Position numbers and translations under genes: made by a program. DNA of 64,000 bases from Candidatus Latescibacterota bacterium (GTDB lineage Bacteria > Latescibacterota > UBA2968 > UBA8231), in assembly GCA_965217585.1 (NCBI GenBank), contig OZ244561.1:5472001-5536000 (forward strand), in the 5' to 3' direction. This document shows positions 1 to 9,150 of this stretch, one piece after another. Positions within the stretch are counted from its first letter, which is position 1. Each line of letters begins with the position of its first letter. The notes under the pieces are model-generated. The model worked only from the letters and a program-made list of their open reading frames with translations. It searched no databases and had not been told where the DNA came from.

Positions 1-448
1 CACCATGGAATTGCCCCAAGACCAGCCGATTTTTTACCGCCCAAGCATGCACCATGTGGATGGCGGCTTGGCCCGAACCCGTATCGTAGGAGCGGCGCAG
101 CGTCTTGCCATCCAGCGGCACGATCTCGCCCTCGTCGGCCAACGGGAGTGTCAGCGATTGCACCCAAGCGGTAAAACAGTCTTGGAAATGCCAAGGCGAA
201 AGACGGGCAAACACGCGACCGAAGGTATCATGCGAGGGGATGCCGTTAGGCAAGGCTAGAAAGGTCTTAAGCCAGTCGGCTTTAGCCCGGCCAAATTCGG
301 CGATCGCCACCCAGTTGTCGGCCCCACAAATGGAGCCGCACACCGCAATCATAAGGATATCAATCAAGCGATGCGCCCGACAACGCTCAATACGCGGGTC
401 GGGAACATCGGCCAAATAATCCAGCAACCCCAAGGATGATGAGGACAT
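1..448 (-). CDS. ISAs1-family transposase (N-terminal part, runs off window edge)
   Basis: Manual translation from ATG at 448: MSSSSLGLLDYLADVPDPRIERCRAHRLIDIL...GIPSHDTFGRVF...IVPLDGKTLRRS. These are the H-repeat/ISAs1 motifs. Absent from the ORF track because it has no stop in the window. Confidence 0.9.
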   Translation of the reverse strand, partial: MSSSSLGLLDYLADVPDPRIERCRAHRLIDILMIAVCGSICGADNWVAIAEFGRAKADWLKTFLALPNGIPSHDTFGRVFARLSPWHFQDCFTAWVQSLTLPLADEGEIVPLDGKTLRRSYDTGSGQAAIHMVHAWAVKNRLVLGQFHG

Positions 449-561
449 GCAGACACACTCCAAGCAATAGGGAAAAGGGAGGACTGGAACCTAAGTTCCA
501 TAGAAAGGGAAAAAGGAACATAACCGCATGGTAAAAATCAACTTATAATGCGATTGCCCTG
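1..561 (-). mobile_element. ISAs1-family insertion sequence, left end
   Basis: Minus strand reads CAGGGCAATCGC from 561, the typical CAGGG terminus of ISAs1 elements. Transposase starts about 110 bp inside. Confidence 0.8.
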
Positions 562-938
562 CAAGCCTAGATTAGCGACCCCCATGGCCGCTAGCGACAA
601 AGGAAAGGACTTGTCTTTCTCTTGGAACAGCAACTCGTTGTTTTCGGAAATTACTAATTTGCCGCCAATTGCGTCGGCTAACCACTTATGCAAGTCCTGG
701 AAGATGTCGTTATGCGGATACGACGTGCGGAGGGCGGAGACCAAGCCGTAGAAATAACCGGGAACGCCGTTCATTTGTTTTCTATTGCTAGAGAACCGTG
801 GGTTGATTCTTAGGCTTTCAAGAGCTTCCTTCAGTTTCCAATAAATGGGAGATTCTAGATAGAGCACCCTAGAGCTGTTGCAGTTTCTGAATGCCGCCGG
901 GATGTGGATTGAAACTGTGTTCTTCATTTTCTTCCTTA
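562..938 (-). pseudogene. Internal fragment of an AAA/ABC-type ATPase gene, cut by IS elements on both sides
   Basis: ORF 538..927 ends ...KSFPLSLAAMGVANLGL (ABC-signature-like segment of AAA_15/AAA_21 ATPases) exactly at the ISAs1 end. Its 5' side abuts the IS701 inverted repeat. Lower GC than the host genes. Confidence 0.55.
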
Positions 939-2045
939 ACTGACGTTACGCAGTTTTGAGGGTTTGTAGCTCCTCAAAAGCACATCGGATAGCGTTGAGA
1001 TAGAGTCTGGATCGCAGGGCGAAGTGCTTGAGTTGGTGCTTGATTCGCAGGCCCTCCAATCGACCGGCGGCATACAGGGCCATAAAACAGTGATTACTTT
1101 GGGTGCGTACTCGCTTGGTCGGCGACTTGGCTAAGGCGGCATGGGACTTGAGCGTTTTATGAAAGATCTCCACGTTCCACCGTTTCTGGTAGATTGCTTC
1201 GATGGTGGGGCCATCACAGGTTAGATCGCTACACGCCAGATACAACGTGCCGGTGCTGCCGTCTTGGTTTGTAAAGACCTGGCGGAGTACTAAGACGGGG
1301 AAATCCAGTCCTTTGATCCAGCCTTGCACCGGCTGGTGTTCGGGCAGGTCGCAGCCATCTATGCGGGTGAAAGCACCTTGGCGTTTGGCTTCATAGCTCA
1401 AGGCAACCGTCCTATTGGATTTAAGCGCGACGACGAAGTGTTTTTTGAGGGTTTGGCGGATGAAGGTTAAGTTATCTTTGGCCGAAAACCAGCTATCAGC
1501 CAACACATAGCGATACTGTAACTGATTGTGCTGACAGGTGCGCAACATCTGGCGCATCAACTCATTTTTGGTGTGCAGGCTCTTACGCTTGACCTGACGG
1601 GTCTGCACATCACTAAAGAGAATCGGTTTGCGGATCAACGCATACGTCACCGGCAGACTCATGCCGCTGGCATGATACACGCAGTTGAGCAGGTTGATGC
1701 CTTTGACCGACCGATGTTGACTGTGATCATAATGCCAACAGATCAGGTCGTTCTCATCCGTATGCGGCTTTTCTTGGATCGTATCATCTATAATCAGTAC
1801 CCCATCCTCCTGTTGGATGTCGCGCACCAGCGGCTTGATCTGCTGCCACAGCGTTTGGCCATCATAGTCGGCACCCGACAGAAAGCGCGTGACCTGATCG
1901 TGGCTGACCGCCCCGTCCACCAAAGCCGACAAGCCGGTCGCCGTGGTCGCGCCAAACGAACTGAGCAGGTAATCGCTATATAATTCTAACAGGTGTTTGT
2001 CCATACCTTGAAGATACCACTAAATGAAAACTGCGTAACGTCAGT
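939..2045. mobile_element. IS701-family insertion sequence with perfect 19-bp terminal inverted repeats
   Basis: ACTGACGTTACGCAGTTTT (939-957) and AAAACTGCGTAACGTCAGT (2027-2045). No clear target-site duplication. Confidence 0.88.
946..2004 (-). CDS. IS701-family DDE transposase
   Basis: Motifs SHDQVTRFL, LIIDDTIQEK, VLADSWF and YQKRWNVEIFHKTLKS. Confidence 0.88.
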   Translation of the reverse strand: MDKHLLELYSDYLLSSFGATTATGLSALVDGAVSHDQVTRFLSGADYDGQTLWQQIKPLVRDIQQEDGVLIIDDTIQEKPHTDENDLICWHYDHSQHRSVKGINLLNCVYHASGMSLPVTYALIRKPILFSDVQTRQVKRKSLHTKNELMRQMLRTCQHNQLQYRYVLADSWFSAKDNLTFIRQTLKKHFVVALKSNRTVALSYEAKRQGAFTRIDGCDLPEHQPVQGWIKGLDFPVLVLRQVFTNQDGSTGTLYLACSDLTCDGPTIEAIYQKRWNVEIFHKTLKSHAALAKSPTKRVRTQSNHCFMALYAAGRLEGLRIKHQLKHFALRSRLYLNAIRCAFEELQTLKTA

Positions 2046-2939
2046 GAATTAGTAGGAAGAGTATTGCTCATCGGCGGGTTAGTCGGGTTCGCGACCGGGG
2101 TGATCCAAATTTATCGCGCCAAGCTGCGCCGGGATGATGCGGTGATGGGCGGGCTGTACCGACATATCCGGCATCCCCAGTACCTTGCGCTGATCGTGGC
2201 CAGTGTTGGCATGTTGCTGATCTGGCCGCGCTATCTGGTACTCGTGCTGACAGTGCCGGTAATTTTCATCTACATTGCCCTAGCCAAGGCCGAAGAAGGC
2301 ATCTGTCTGCGCCAGTTTCCCGGATACGCCGACTACATCAAGCGCACCGGCAGGTTTCTTCCGGCGTGGTTCAACCTCAACATCTCCTTGCGATTCGGTG
2401 CCAGCCAGCTAACGCGGTTTGCGGGATGGGCGCTGACCTACGCGATCGTCCTTGGGCTGGCGCTCTTGGCTGCATTTGGCTTGCGGGTTCTCTCAATGAA
2501 CGCGCTTCATACCTATCAGGGGGATGAGGGCGTCTATTTGTCTGTCGTCGAGATTGCGGACGAGGACCTCGCCGCCGTAGCAGCGATTGCACGTTCGGCA
2601 CCGGAAGTGCAGGCGGCCCTATCCGGCAAAGAGCATCTGCTGAACTACGTCGTGCCGACACAGATGTATATTTCGGAGATTCCGATGTATCTGCCCCCTG
2701 GAGAGATGTTCGGACATTCCGTGCCATCCGACCGAAATCCCGCGCTGTACAAGATCATCTTCACCGAAGCCGTTTTCGGCGGCGAGGGGTTGCCCGCAGG
2801 TGGCGATATCCTTTGGAATGCCGTCAACAAGATACCGCTGGTGGAAGTACACGTGGACCTGAGCACCAAGGTCGTCACCGCGGCCTTATTGCCGCCGCCA
2901 GAGCCGTTCTACGGCAACCGGCAGGTGCCGCTTTTCTGA
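2046..2939 (+). pseudogene. Isoprenylcysteine carboxylmethyltransferase/PEMT-family membrane protein, 5'-truncated by the IS
   Basis: GLYRHIRHPQYL and KAEEGICL motifs. The frame stays open back to the IS boundary and no N-terminal part is present. Confidence 0.7.
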
Positions 2940-3166
2940 TGACGGGGCTATGCCGACCCTCGCAGGCGGCTATCCCTCAAGCGATGTCCGCAGGACGATA
3001 CAGGCCTTCCCCAAGTCATGGCCGATGTAGTCACCTCGATGGGGGACGATTTCGGTGAAACCCTGTCGAGTCCAGAACTGCAGCCCGTACGACGATCTCC
3101 CCCTCCGACCATGTGCTCGGCAACATGTCCCTATCGCTCTCTGAGCTCGTCGTTGTTCATAAAACG

Positions 3167-4039
3167 CTATTTCTTCGCTTTCCTCAGCGCCTCTTTGAAC
3201 GCCTTCTCGATCTCGCCGCGCGCGACGATCGCGTCCTTCCACACATCGGGAAAACAGTCGAGAGCATAACCCGAACCCCTCGGCCCCAACTCGACGACAG
3301 CCCATAGCTCGGTGGCACCGCGCTGTCCTTTGACCCAATGGTAGAGCAAGTGCTTGAGGAAGTTGTCGCGCCAAGTGATAAAATCTGCGTCCAGCGCCCC
3401 GCGGCCGTTAGTAACCGGCGTCTGGCAATGACTGCCAGTAAAGGTGCGGAAGTGAATTAACTCGCTCATCTTGAGCAGGTCGGGGCGGTACTCGGCGATG
3501 CGCTCCCAGAAGTTGGTAGGCCGTAGCTGTTTGATGATCGCCGGGTGCGAGTGGTCGAAATTGGTGCGCAGCTTCTCCTTGTAGCGCTTCTCGTACTGCG
3601 CCGCCAGCGCCAACCCCTTCTCCGGGGTCTCGGTGCAGGTGTCGCGGTGCCACTCAATCGCCGGTTTGAGCTTGAGCTCTTTGCCCGCCTGCATCACCGC
3701 CCGCGCCACCGTCACCGCCTTGCGGATCTCAGTGTCGTGGTCGCAGAGCTGGATGTTGATGTGCTCGGCACCGGCTTCTTTAAAGGCCGTCAGTTTCGGA
3801 CCGGCTTCCTCTACTGTGGCCACATCGACCCCACCGACGAGCTGTAGCCCGTGCTTGGCGCAAGCCTCGGCGATCTCGGGGTCGGCCCCGGCGCTGAAGC
3901 CGACAAAGCCAGCGTCCTTGGCCGCGCGAACTTTGCGGTCCATCGACCACTGCTTGGCTTCGGACGGGTAGTTGGTCAACGTCCACGCGGCAGCGCAGAG
4001 ATTGAGTTGCGGTCTTTTGGCCTGCTTTTTCTTAGCCAT
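3167..4039 (-). CDS. Sugar phosphate isomerase/epimerase-like (xylose isomerase TIM barrel) protein
   Basis: Metal-ligand pattern IEWHRDT, FDHSH, HFR, VELGP. Start MAKKKQ with AGGAGAGG RBS. Confidence 0.75.
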   Translation of the reverse strand: MAKKKQAKRPQLNLCAAAWTLTNYPSEAKQWSMDRKVRAAKDAGFVGFSAGADPEIAEACAKHGLQLVGGVDVATVEEAGPKLTAFKEAGAEHINIQLCDHDTEIRKAVTVARAVMQAGKELKLKPAIEWHRDTCTETPEKGLALAAQYEKRYKEKLRTNFDHSHPAIIKQLRPTNFWERIAEYRPDLLKMSELIHFRTFTGSHCQTPVTNGRGALDADFITWRDNFLKHLLYHWVKGQRGATELWAVVELGPRGSGYALDCFPDVWKDAIVARGEIEKAFKEALRKAKK

Positions 4040-4062
4040 TATCCTCTCCTTTGCATGAAAAA

Positions 4063-4165
4063 TTAAACGGCAATTCGTCCTTCTCCGGTATACACATTGA
4101 ACCCCCGCCCGCGCAAAAATCCCAACAGCGTTATCCCCGATTCCCGCGCCAGATCCACCGCCAAA
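4063..4165 (-). repeat. Displaced copy of the fdhD 3' end (att-like direct repeat of 15697-15799)
   Basis: 103 bp with 7 mismatches by manual alignment. Encodes LAVDLARESGITLLGFLRGRGFNVYTGEGRIAV*, versus ...TGEKRIAV* in fdhD. Confidence 0.95.
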
Positions 4166-4181
4166 TGACCACCGCACAATC

Positions 4182-7100
4182 TCAAAAAGAAAAAAGCTCT
4201 ACGGAAGAGGGCCTACTCTTGCCCTCGCAAAAATACAGAGCCTTGAATTTGGCCATTTGTTTGATTTTGTCGATCAATACTCGTTCCTGCTGCGAGCTCG
4301 ACACATTCCGTACAAGTGACTTGGCATCCGCTTCGTTCAATCGCAAAACAAGATAGTTGGCGATAGCCGAAAATACCGAGACGTCGAAGTCCTTCGCCTC
4401 CTGCGAGGCAAGCACTAGCGAAATACCGTACTTCCGGCACTCTTTCGCCATGGTAGGAATGAGCTTTAACCCTGCGGCCCGGTGTGCCTCGTCGAAAATC
4501 AAGGCGTGCGTGATTCGATCTTGGATTCCTCTGCGGAACATGTCTTTGTAGAGACCGTAAAACACCAACGACGCAAAGGCTCGCTGAAGGTTGTCATTCT
4601 GAGTCGTGTGAATCCGAATGACGGTCGGCTGCTCGCTCTCCCACAGGCTACTGTGTGACTCGCGGAGATTGAAGAACCCGTAGTCTTCAAGTTCTTCCAA
4701 ACGTGCAAACAGCGTACGCAACCCGCGGTCCGGTTTCGGATCGCCGCGCAGAATCTCGACAAAGCGACTAAACGTCGGTTCCTGCAAATCCGCGGTAGCC
4801 GCGTTGGTGTTTCCCCATCCTACCTCAACGAAACTTTCCTTGATGGCTCCACGGATGCGCTCGGCCTGAATGTCGCCGAGTTCCGGGTAAATGGCTGCGA
4901 AAATATCCCGCATCTCACCCGCCACATCGAGATGCGCTATCCGAGACCCGCGGTCAACCACCTCCAGCGGGTTGAAGCCCAAACCATCAAAATCAATGAA
5001 CCGAACCGAATCAGCCGACTGCCCAAGTCGCTCGTCAATGTCCTGATGATAGGAAAAGACGATCGGGCGAATACCGGCTGCCATCATCTGATTACACAGG
5101 TTCAGAAGGCAGGTAGTCTTGCCCATACCGGGCTGTCCCGCTATCAAAAGATGAGGGTTGCCCTGTACGGTCAGCGGCCATCGAACTTCTGTGTTGGTAA
5201 AGGGATCGGTGCCGAAACAGATTGAGGGCACAGCATCAATGGCATCTTCCGTTTCTCCCCCGACGGCTTCTATATGGTCAGCGGATATATTGCTGGTGCC
5301 CCTTGCGGCGTCCTGCTCCGACGACGGTCGAGCCTTCGATTCAGGGGGGCTGGTGGTCATTTCACCACGAAAGTCCAAGTCCGGCAGCAGGCCAGGACCG
5401 CATAGGAATACCTTCGTACTCCAATTGTCTGGAGAAATCTCCAACGGACTCGCCCCGGCATACTCAGGGCAAAACACCCAGCCGCGGTCGCCGCTTCTGT
5501 CCGTGTCCAGCCTGTAGTCGCCGCCCTTTTCGATCATGCGGTCGATCTCGGCTACGAGCTCGGTATGCTGCGCCGCCGGTAAATGGTGCCTACGCGCCTT
5601 ATCTGCATAGAAGCGCAGAACCCGGGCCAACTTGGCACGGCGAACTGCTCTGAACGCAGAGCACTCTTCATGCGAATACCATTCGTTCCAACGCTTGCTC
5701 ATCGCAGCAGTCTGTTCTCGAATGCGGCGCAGGATGTCCGGAGACCTTGCAGCACGTAGATCTCGACGGTACTTGACCTCCACGAAACGGAACATCAGTC
5801 CCTTTCTCGGTGCCGCAGTCACGTATATCAGGTCCGGCCGCACCTCCCTCTCATCGCCGTCCTTGTCCGTCAACGGCGGCAAGAGATCCCGAACATCATC
5901 GACGGGAACGATGAAACCGCGTTCCAGCGATACCCAGCATGGATCCGTCTCCTGCGCCTGCTGGCAGTTTGCCTGTGAAACAGCGAGCGCGATCAACTCC
6001 GAAGTCGGCGGTTTGTCTCCGGTGAGGCGAATGGCGAGCCGGCCGCTGAGGGCTTTCAGATGCTCCAAGAGAAATTCCGCGTTGCGGCGGCTACGGCTGA
6101 GCCCCATCTGATCTAAGGCACCATCAAGCAGGACGCGTACCTCCTCCAAATTGCTAGTAGAGGTAATAAGCTGTAAGCAGCCCAAGTCCTCCCGTTCTGG
6201 AACGCAGTCAATCACGTAAGCATCGTAGATTGTCCGATTGTCCTGTGGGGAATCGAAGTACTCGATGCCGGCGTTTCGGTCCAAAGTGATGACCCAATCA
6301 CAAAGCCGGTGGAGCTCCGCGAGGCCGTCTTCCTTTTCCCGCGAGACCTCTGTGTACAGTACCGGCAGTTCTCCATTCACGGCACCGACATGCCGCGCCA
6401 CAGTGCCCTGTATGGCACGCTGCAAGTCCGCCAAGCGTTTAGTATGTGAGCGGTCCGCCGGGTGCCTCTCGCCATCTTTCGCCAGCGGGACCGTACTGCG
6501 CCATAGCGGCGAGGGCCTAGCGGCGAAGTCGCGCTCGTAGAACGAAAGCAGGCCAAACGCATGGAACGTCCCGTCGCTCGGCCTCTCCCGCTCGTCCAGC
6601 TTTACCTGCGACTCGAATGTGTCAAACGCCACGGCAACGTGGGCTGCGGTCTCCGGGTCAGGACCATCTTTGCGTGCCCAGCGCAGCCTCGGCATGTTCA
6701 CGCCGCCGGGCAGACTCAGGGATTCGAGCATCCACTGATCGTCGGTTGACACCACGCCAGCACCACTGCGCCGCCGTTCTCGCGCTTCGGCGATGAACCG
6801 TCCGGCAATTCCGCGTTGCTCCTCAGAAGGATACATTTCCAGCGAGAAGACGGGTGCCTCCTGCGATTCCTCCTCTGAAGCATCCTCATCATCGGCCCGG
6901 CGCAGGCGGTCGTGGACGAGGCCCAAAGACCGGGCAATAGTCAGACCATCTCCCGCCCGAAGGGCGTGAACACGGAGTAGTCGGGACGTGTTGTGGCAAT
7001 CCAAGTACTTGACGATCTCGTCCCCGACCACCTCTGCGCTCTGTCCCCCCACCGTCGGAGCGGCGTCCATTGACTCACCTTCGCCCAGCGCACGGGCGAG

Positions 7101-9149
7101 CATCGCCACCGCCGCCTTGGGCTCTTTGTCTGTATCGGGGACCATGCCGACCGCATGAAAGCCGAGAGTGTCCGCAAAGACAAACGATCCGCCATCCGGG
7201 TTCGGAAGAAAAGCCGGGAACATGGCACCGTCCAAGCACTGGAACTCGTCCCTTACGTCTTTTGCCTTTTGACCCTGATCAAAAGCTGCGTGGAAAACGA
7301 GATTGTCATACGCTGCATGCCACGCGACGCGCAGCGGGTGCATCGGCAGGGCGATGAGGCCAATCATCCGCCCAGCAAGGGACCGCACCTCCACGGTGTT
7401 GCACAGGGCCAAGGATGGATCGCCGCTTTCCAACAATGCAGTCCAAGCGCGGATGTACTCTTTGACCGAATCAAACGCTTTCGCCTTATCGTCATAGATA
7501 TGGCCGACCATCCCGCCGTCCTTGTGGACGCGGGCCGCCAATCTTCGGCTCGCCACGGAGGCTTTCTTCCATGTCGGCCCCTTACCCTGATGTCGAATGA
7601 ACTCCACGTCGCCAGCTCGGGCACCGGACGTACGCACTTTGACACGCCAATGCCCGATTGCTCCGCTGCGCTCTAACCACATTTTTTCCACTTCTCGGAT
7701 CAGCGGCGGGCATGGTACGCGAAAACTCAACCGTTTTGTCCCTACGGATGTGCGCAACAGCACCAAGTTGCTCTTCTCATCAAAGCTGAAATTCGCCGAA
7801 CTGTCGGCGATGGCGGACATGCTCTCCCAATCATCGAGTTCGACCAGCCCCTCGCTAAACGCACGGACCTTGCGTCCAGCCCCTCCAGCGGTCCTTTCGG
7901 GTGGCTCGCCAAAGCGGATGATGAATTCCTCGCTTTCCTGACGTTCGACCTCGTCGTTTCCCACCACGGAAACCACCACTTTGGCGGAGACCAGAGAGTC
8001 CTCGTTCAGCATCGAGAAGTCGTCATTACTGAACCGGCACTTCTCCTCCCTTTTCGCCGAGTGACTCACGTCGCGCACAGCCAACTCTTCGTCCGCACCG
8101 GCTACTACGGCAACGCGATAATCCACCGCGTTCTTTAACAAATTGCCGGGTCGCGCCTTCCAGCGGATCTCTATATTTGAATAGTCAGCCGCCGACGTGG
8201 CTTCGGGCTTCAGGATCAGAACCGGTGGTTTCGCGTCAGCTCCTTCACCGAATAGTGTATCGGGTTCCTCAATCAATCCCGACCACTTGGCAATCGAGCC
8301 ATTCCTATTGCGCCAAGACACAAGTTCAATGTCTTGAATGTCATGGGCACTCTCTATTTGCAGTGCGCCCACCCACAGTTGTTGCTTGTCGGCTAGTTCC
8401 GCCAACGCCGACAGTAGTGGTTGGGTTTCTGCGGTGTGCAGGAAAACTGCGAGATCGCCGCGTTGTTCGTCCGTCGCCGCCAGCCGCAGCGACTCAATGC
8501 GCGCCGGAATGGTCAGCCCAGAGGCCGCCGTTCCCAACAGGTAATCTACAAACCGGCGCGAGTCGTCGAGTGCCCCCTCGTCTAAGCCTACGGATTCGGA
8601 GACCAGCCACAGGCCGAGTAGATGCAGATACGCGCCGGGATGTCGTTTGTGCGCCGCGACGCGACAGATAAAGTCGAACGCGGTCCAAGGCGAAACGCTA
8701 TACTGACTACCGAATCCTTCGGCTTTGCTAATGGCCCGCTCGGCATAGTGGCGATGGGCACTCGACAATCGGCGCGTCACCTCGGCACCAGCCAGTCCCC
8801 GAGCCTCCTTAAACAGGCTTGCTTCATTTACTTCCCTCGAGGCACTGTAGATACCGTCCATGCCGGCACCGGCAAGATGCGTATCCACCAGCAGCAAGGT
8901 GGCATCGCCTTTGGCCTCGCGCATCTCGACAGCACGGTCCGCAGTAATGGTCCGCAGGTCTTCATCATCCGAATCCGCCACCCGCTGAACCTGCCAATTT
9001 TGTACGCAGAAGTTGTCGTCCTCAGCGAGCTTTGCCACCACATCTGGCGTCAGGCAACGAACAAAGGCCATGGCCCCGGGTTCGGCTCGGCCAAGCACCT
9101 TCTCAAACGCCTGCCCGAGGATTTGCCCATGTAGTTTGGTCCACTCCAT
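4182..9149 (-). CDS. 1655-aa PD-(D/E)xK nuclease + HerA/FtsK-type ATPase (Mad8/DndH-like)
   Basis: RPDLIYV...FVEVK nuclease motif. Walker A GQPGMGKT, Walker B LIFDEAH, ECRKYGISLVLASQ. Size and gene position match DndH/Mad8. Confidence 0.75.
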   Translation of the reverse strand: MEWTKLHGQILGQAFEKVLGRAEPGAMAFVRCLTPDVVAKLAEDDNFCVQNWQVQRVADSDDEDLRTITADRAVEMREAKGDATLLLVDTHLAGAGMDGIYSASREVNEASLFKEARGLAGAEVTRRLSSAHRHYAERAISKAEGFGSQYSVSPWTAFDFICRVAAHKRHPGAYLHLLGLWLVSESVGLDEGALDDSRRFVDYLLGTAASGLTIPARIESLRLAATDEQRGDLAVFLHTAETQPLLSALAELADKQQLWVGALQIESAHDIQDIELVSWRNRNGSIAKWSGLIEEPDTLFGEGADAKPPVLILKPEATSAADYSNIEIRWKARPGNLLKNAVDYRVAVVAGADEELAVRDVSHSAKREEKCRFSNDDFSMLNEDSLVSAKVVVSVVGNDEVERQESEEFIIRFGEPPERTAGGAGRKVRAFSEGLVELDDWESMSAIADSSANFSFDEKSNLVLLRTSVGTKRLSFRVPCPPLIREVEKMWLERSGAIGHWRVKVRTSGARAGDVEFIRHQGKGPTWKKASVASRRLAARVHKDGGMVGHIYDDKAKAFDSVKEYIRAWTALLESGDPSLALCNTVEVRSLAGRMIGLIALPMHPLRVAWHAAYDNLVFHAAFDQGQKAKDVRDEFQCLDGAMFPAFLPNPDGGSFVFADTLGFHAVGMVPDTDKEPKAAVAMLARALGEGESMDAAPTVGGQSAEVVGDEIVKYLDCHNTSRLLRVHALRAGDGLTIARSLGLVHDRLRRADDEDASEEESQEAPVFSLEMYPSEEQRGIAGRFIAEARERRRSGAGVVSTDDQWMLESLSLPGGVNMPRLRWARKDGPDPETAAHVAVAFDTFESQVKLDERERPSDGTFHAFGLLSFYERDFAARPSPLWRSTVPLAKDGERHPADRSHTKRLADLQRAIQGTVARHVGAVNGELPVLYTEVSREKEDGLAELHRLCDWVITLDRNAGIEYFDSPQDNRTIYDAYVIDCVPEREDLGCLQLITSTSNLEEVRVLLDGALDQMGLSRSRRNAEFLLEHLKALSGRLAIRLTGDKPPTSELIALAVSQANCQQAQETDPCWVSLERGFIVPVDDVRDLLPPLTDKDGDEREVRPDLIYVTAAPRKGLMFRFVEVKYRRDLRAARSPDILRRIREQTAAMSKRWNEWYSHEECSAFRAVRRAKLARVLRFYADKARRHHLPAAQHTELVAEIDRMIEKGGDYRLDTDRSGDRGWVFCPEYAGASPLEISPDNWSTKVFLCGPGLLPDLDFRGEMTTSPPESKARPSSEQDAARGTSNISADHIEAVGGETEDAIDAVPSICFGTDPFTNTEVRWPLTVQGNPHLLIAGQPGMGKTTCLLNLCNQMMAAGIRPIVFSYHQDIDERLGQSADSVRFIDFDGLGFNPLEVVDRGSRIAHLDVAGEMRDIFAAIYPELGDIQAERIRGAIKESFVEVGWGNTNAATADLQEPTFSRFVEILRGDPKPDRGLRTLFARLEELEDYGFFNLRESHSSLWESEQPTVIRIHTTQNDNLQRAFASLVFYGLYKDMFRRGIQDRITHALIFDEAHRAAGLKLIPTMAKECRKYGISLVLASQEAKDFDVSVFSAIANYLVLRLNEADAKSLVRNVSSSQQERVLIDKIKQMAKFKALYFCEGKSRPSSVELFSF

Positions 9150-9150
9150 A

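Noticed and set aside
2970-3130. Possible GNAT acetyltransferase C-terminal remnant (LQFWTRQGFTEI)
   Set aside because: Too short to support without a search.
4051-4356. Plus-strand ORF sharing PPAQKSQQRYPRFPRQIHRQ with ORF 15463..16089
   Set aside because: Both are antisense readings of the duplicated fdhD tail.
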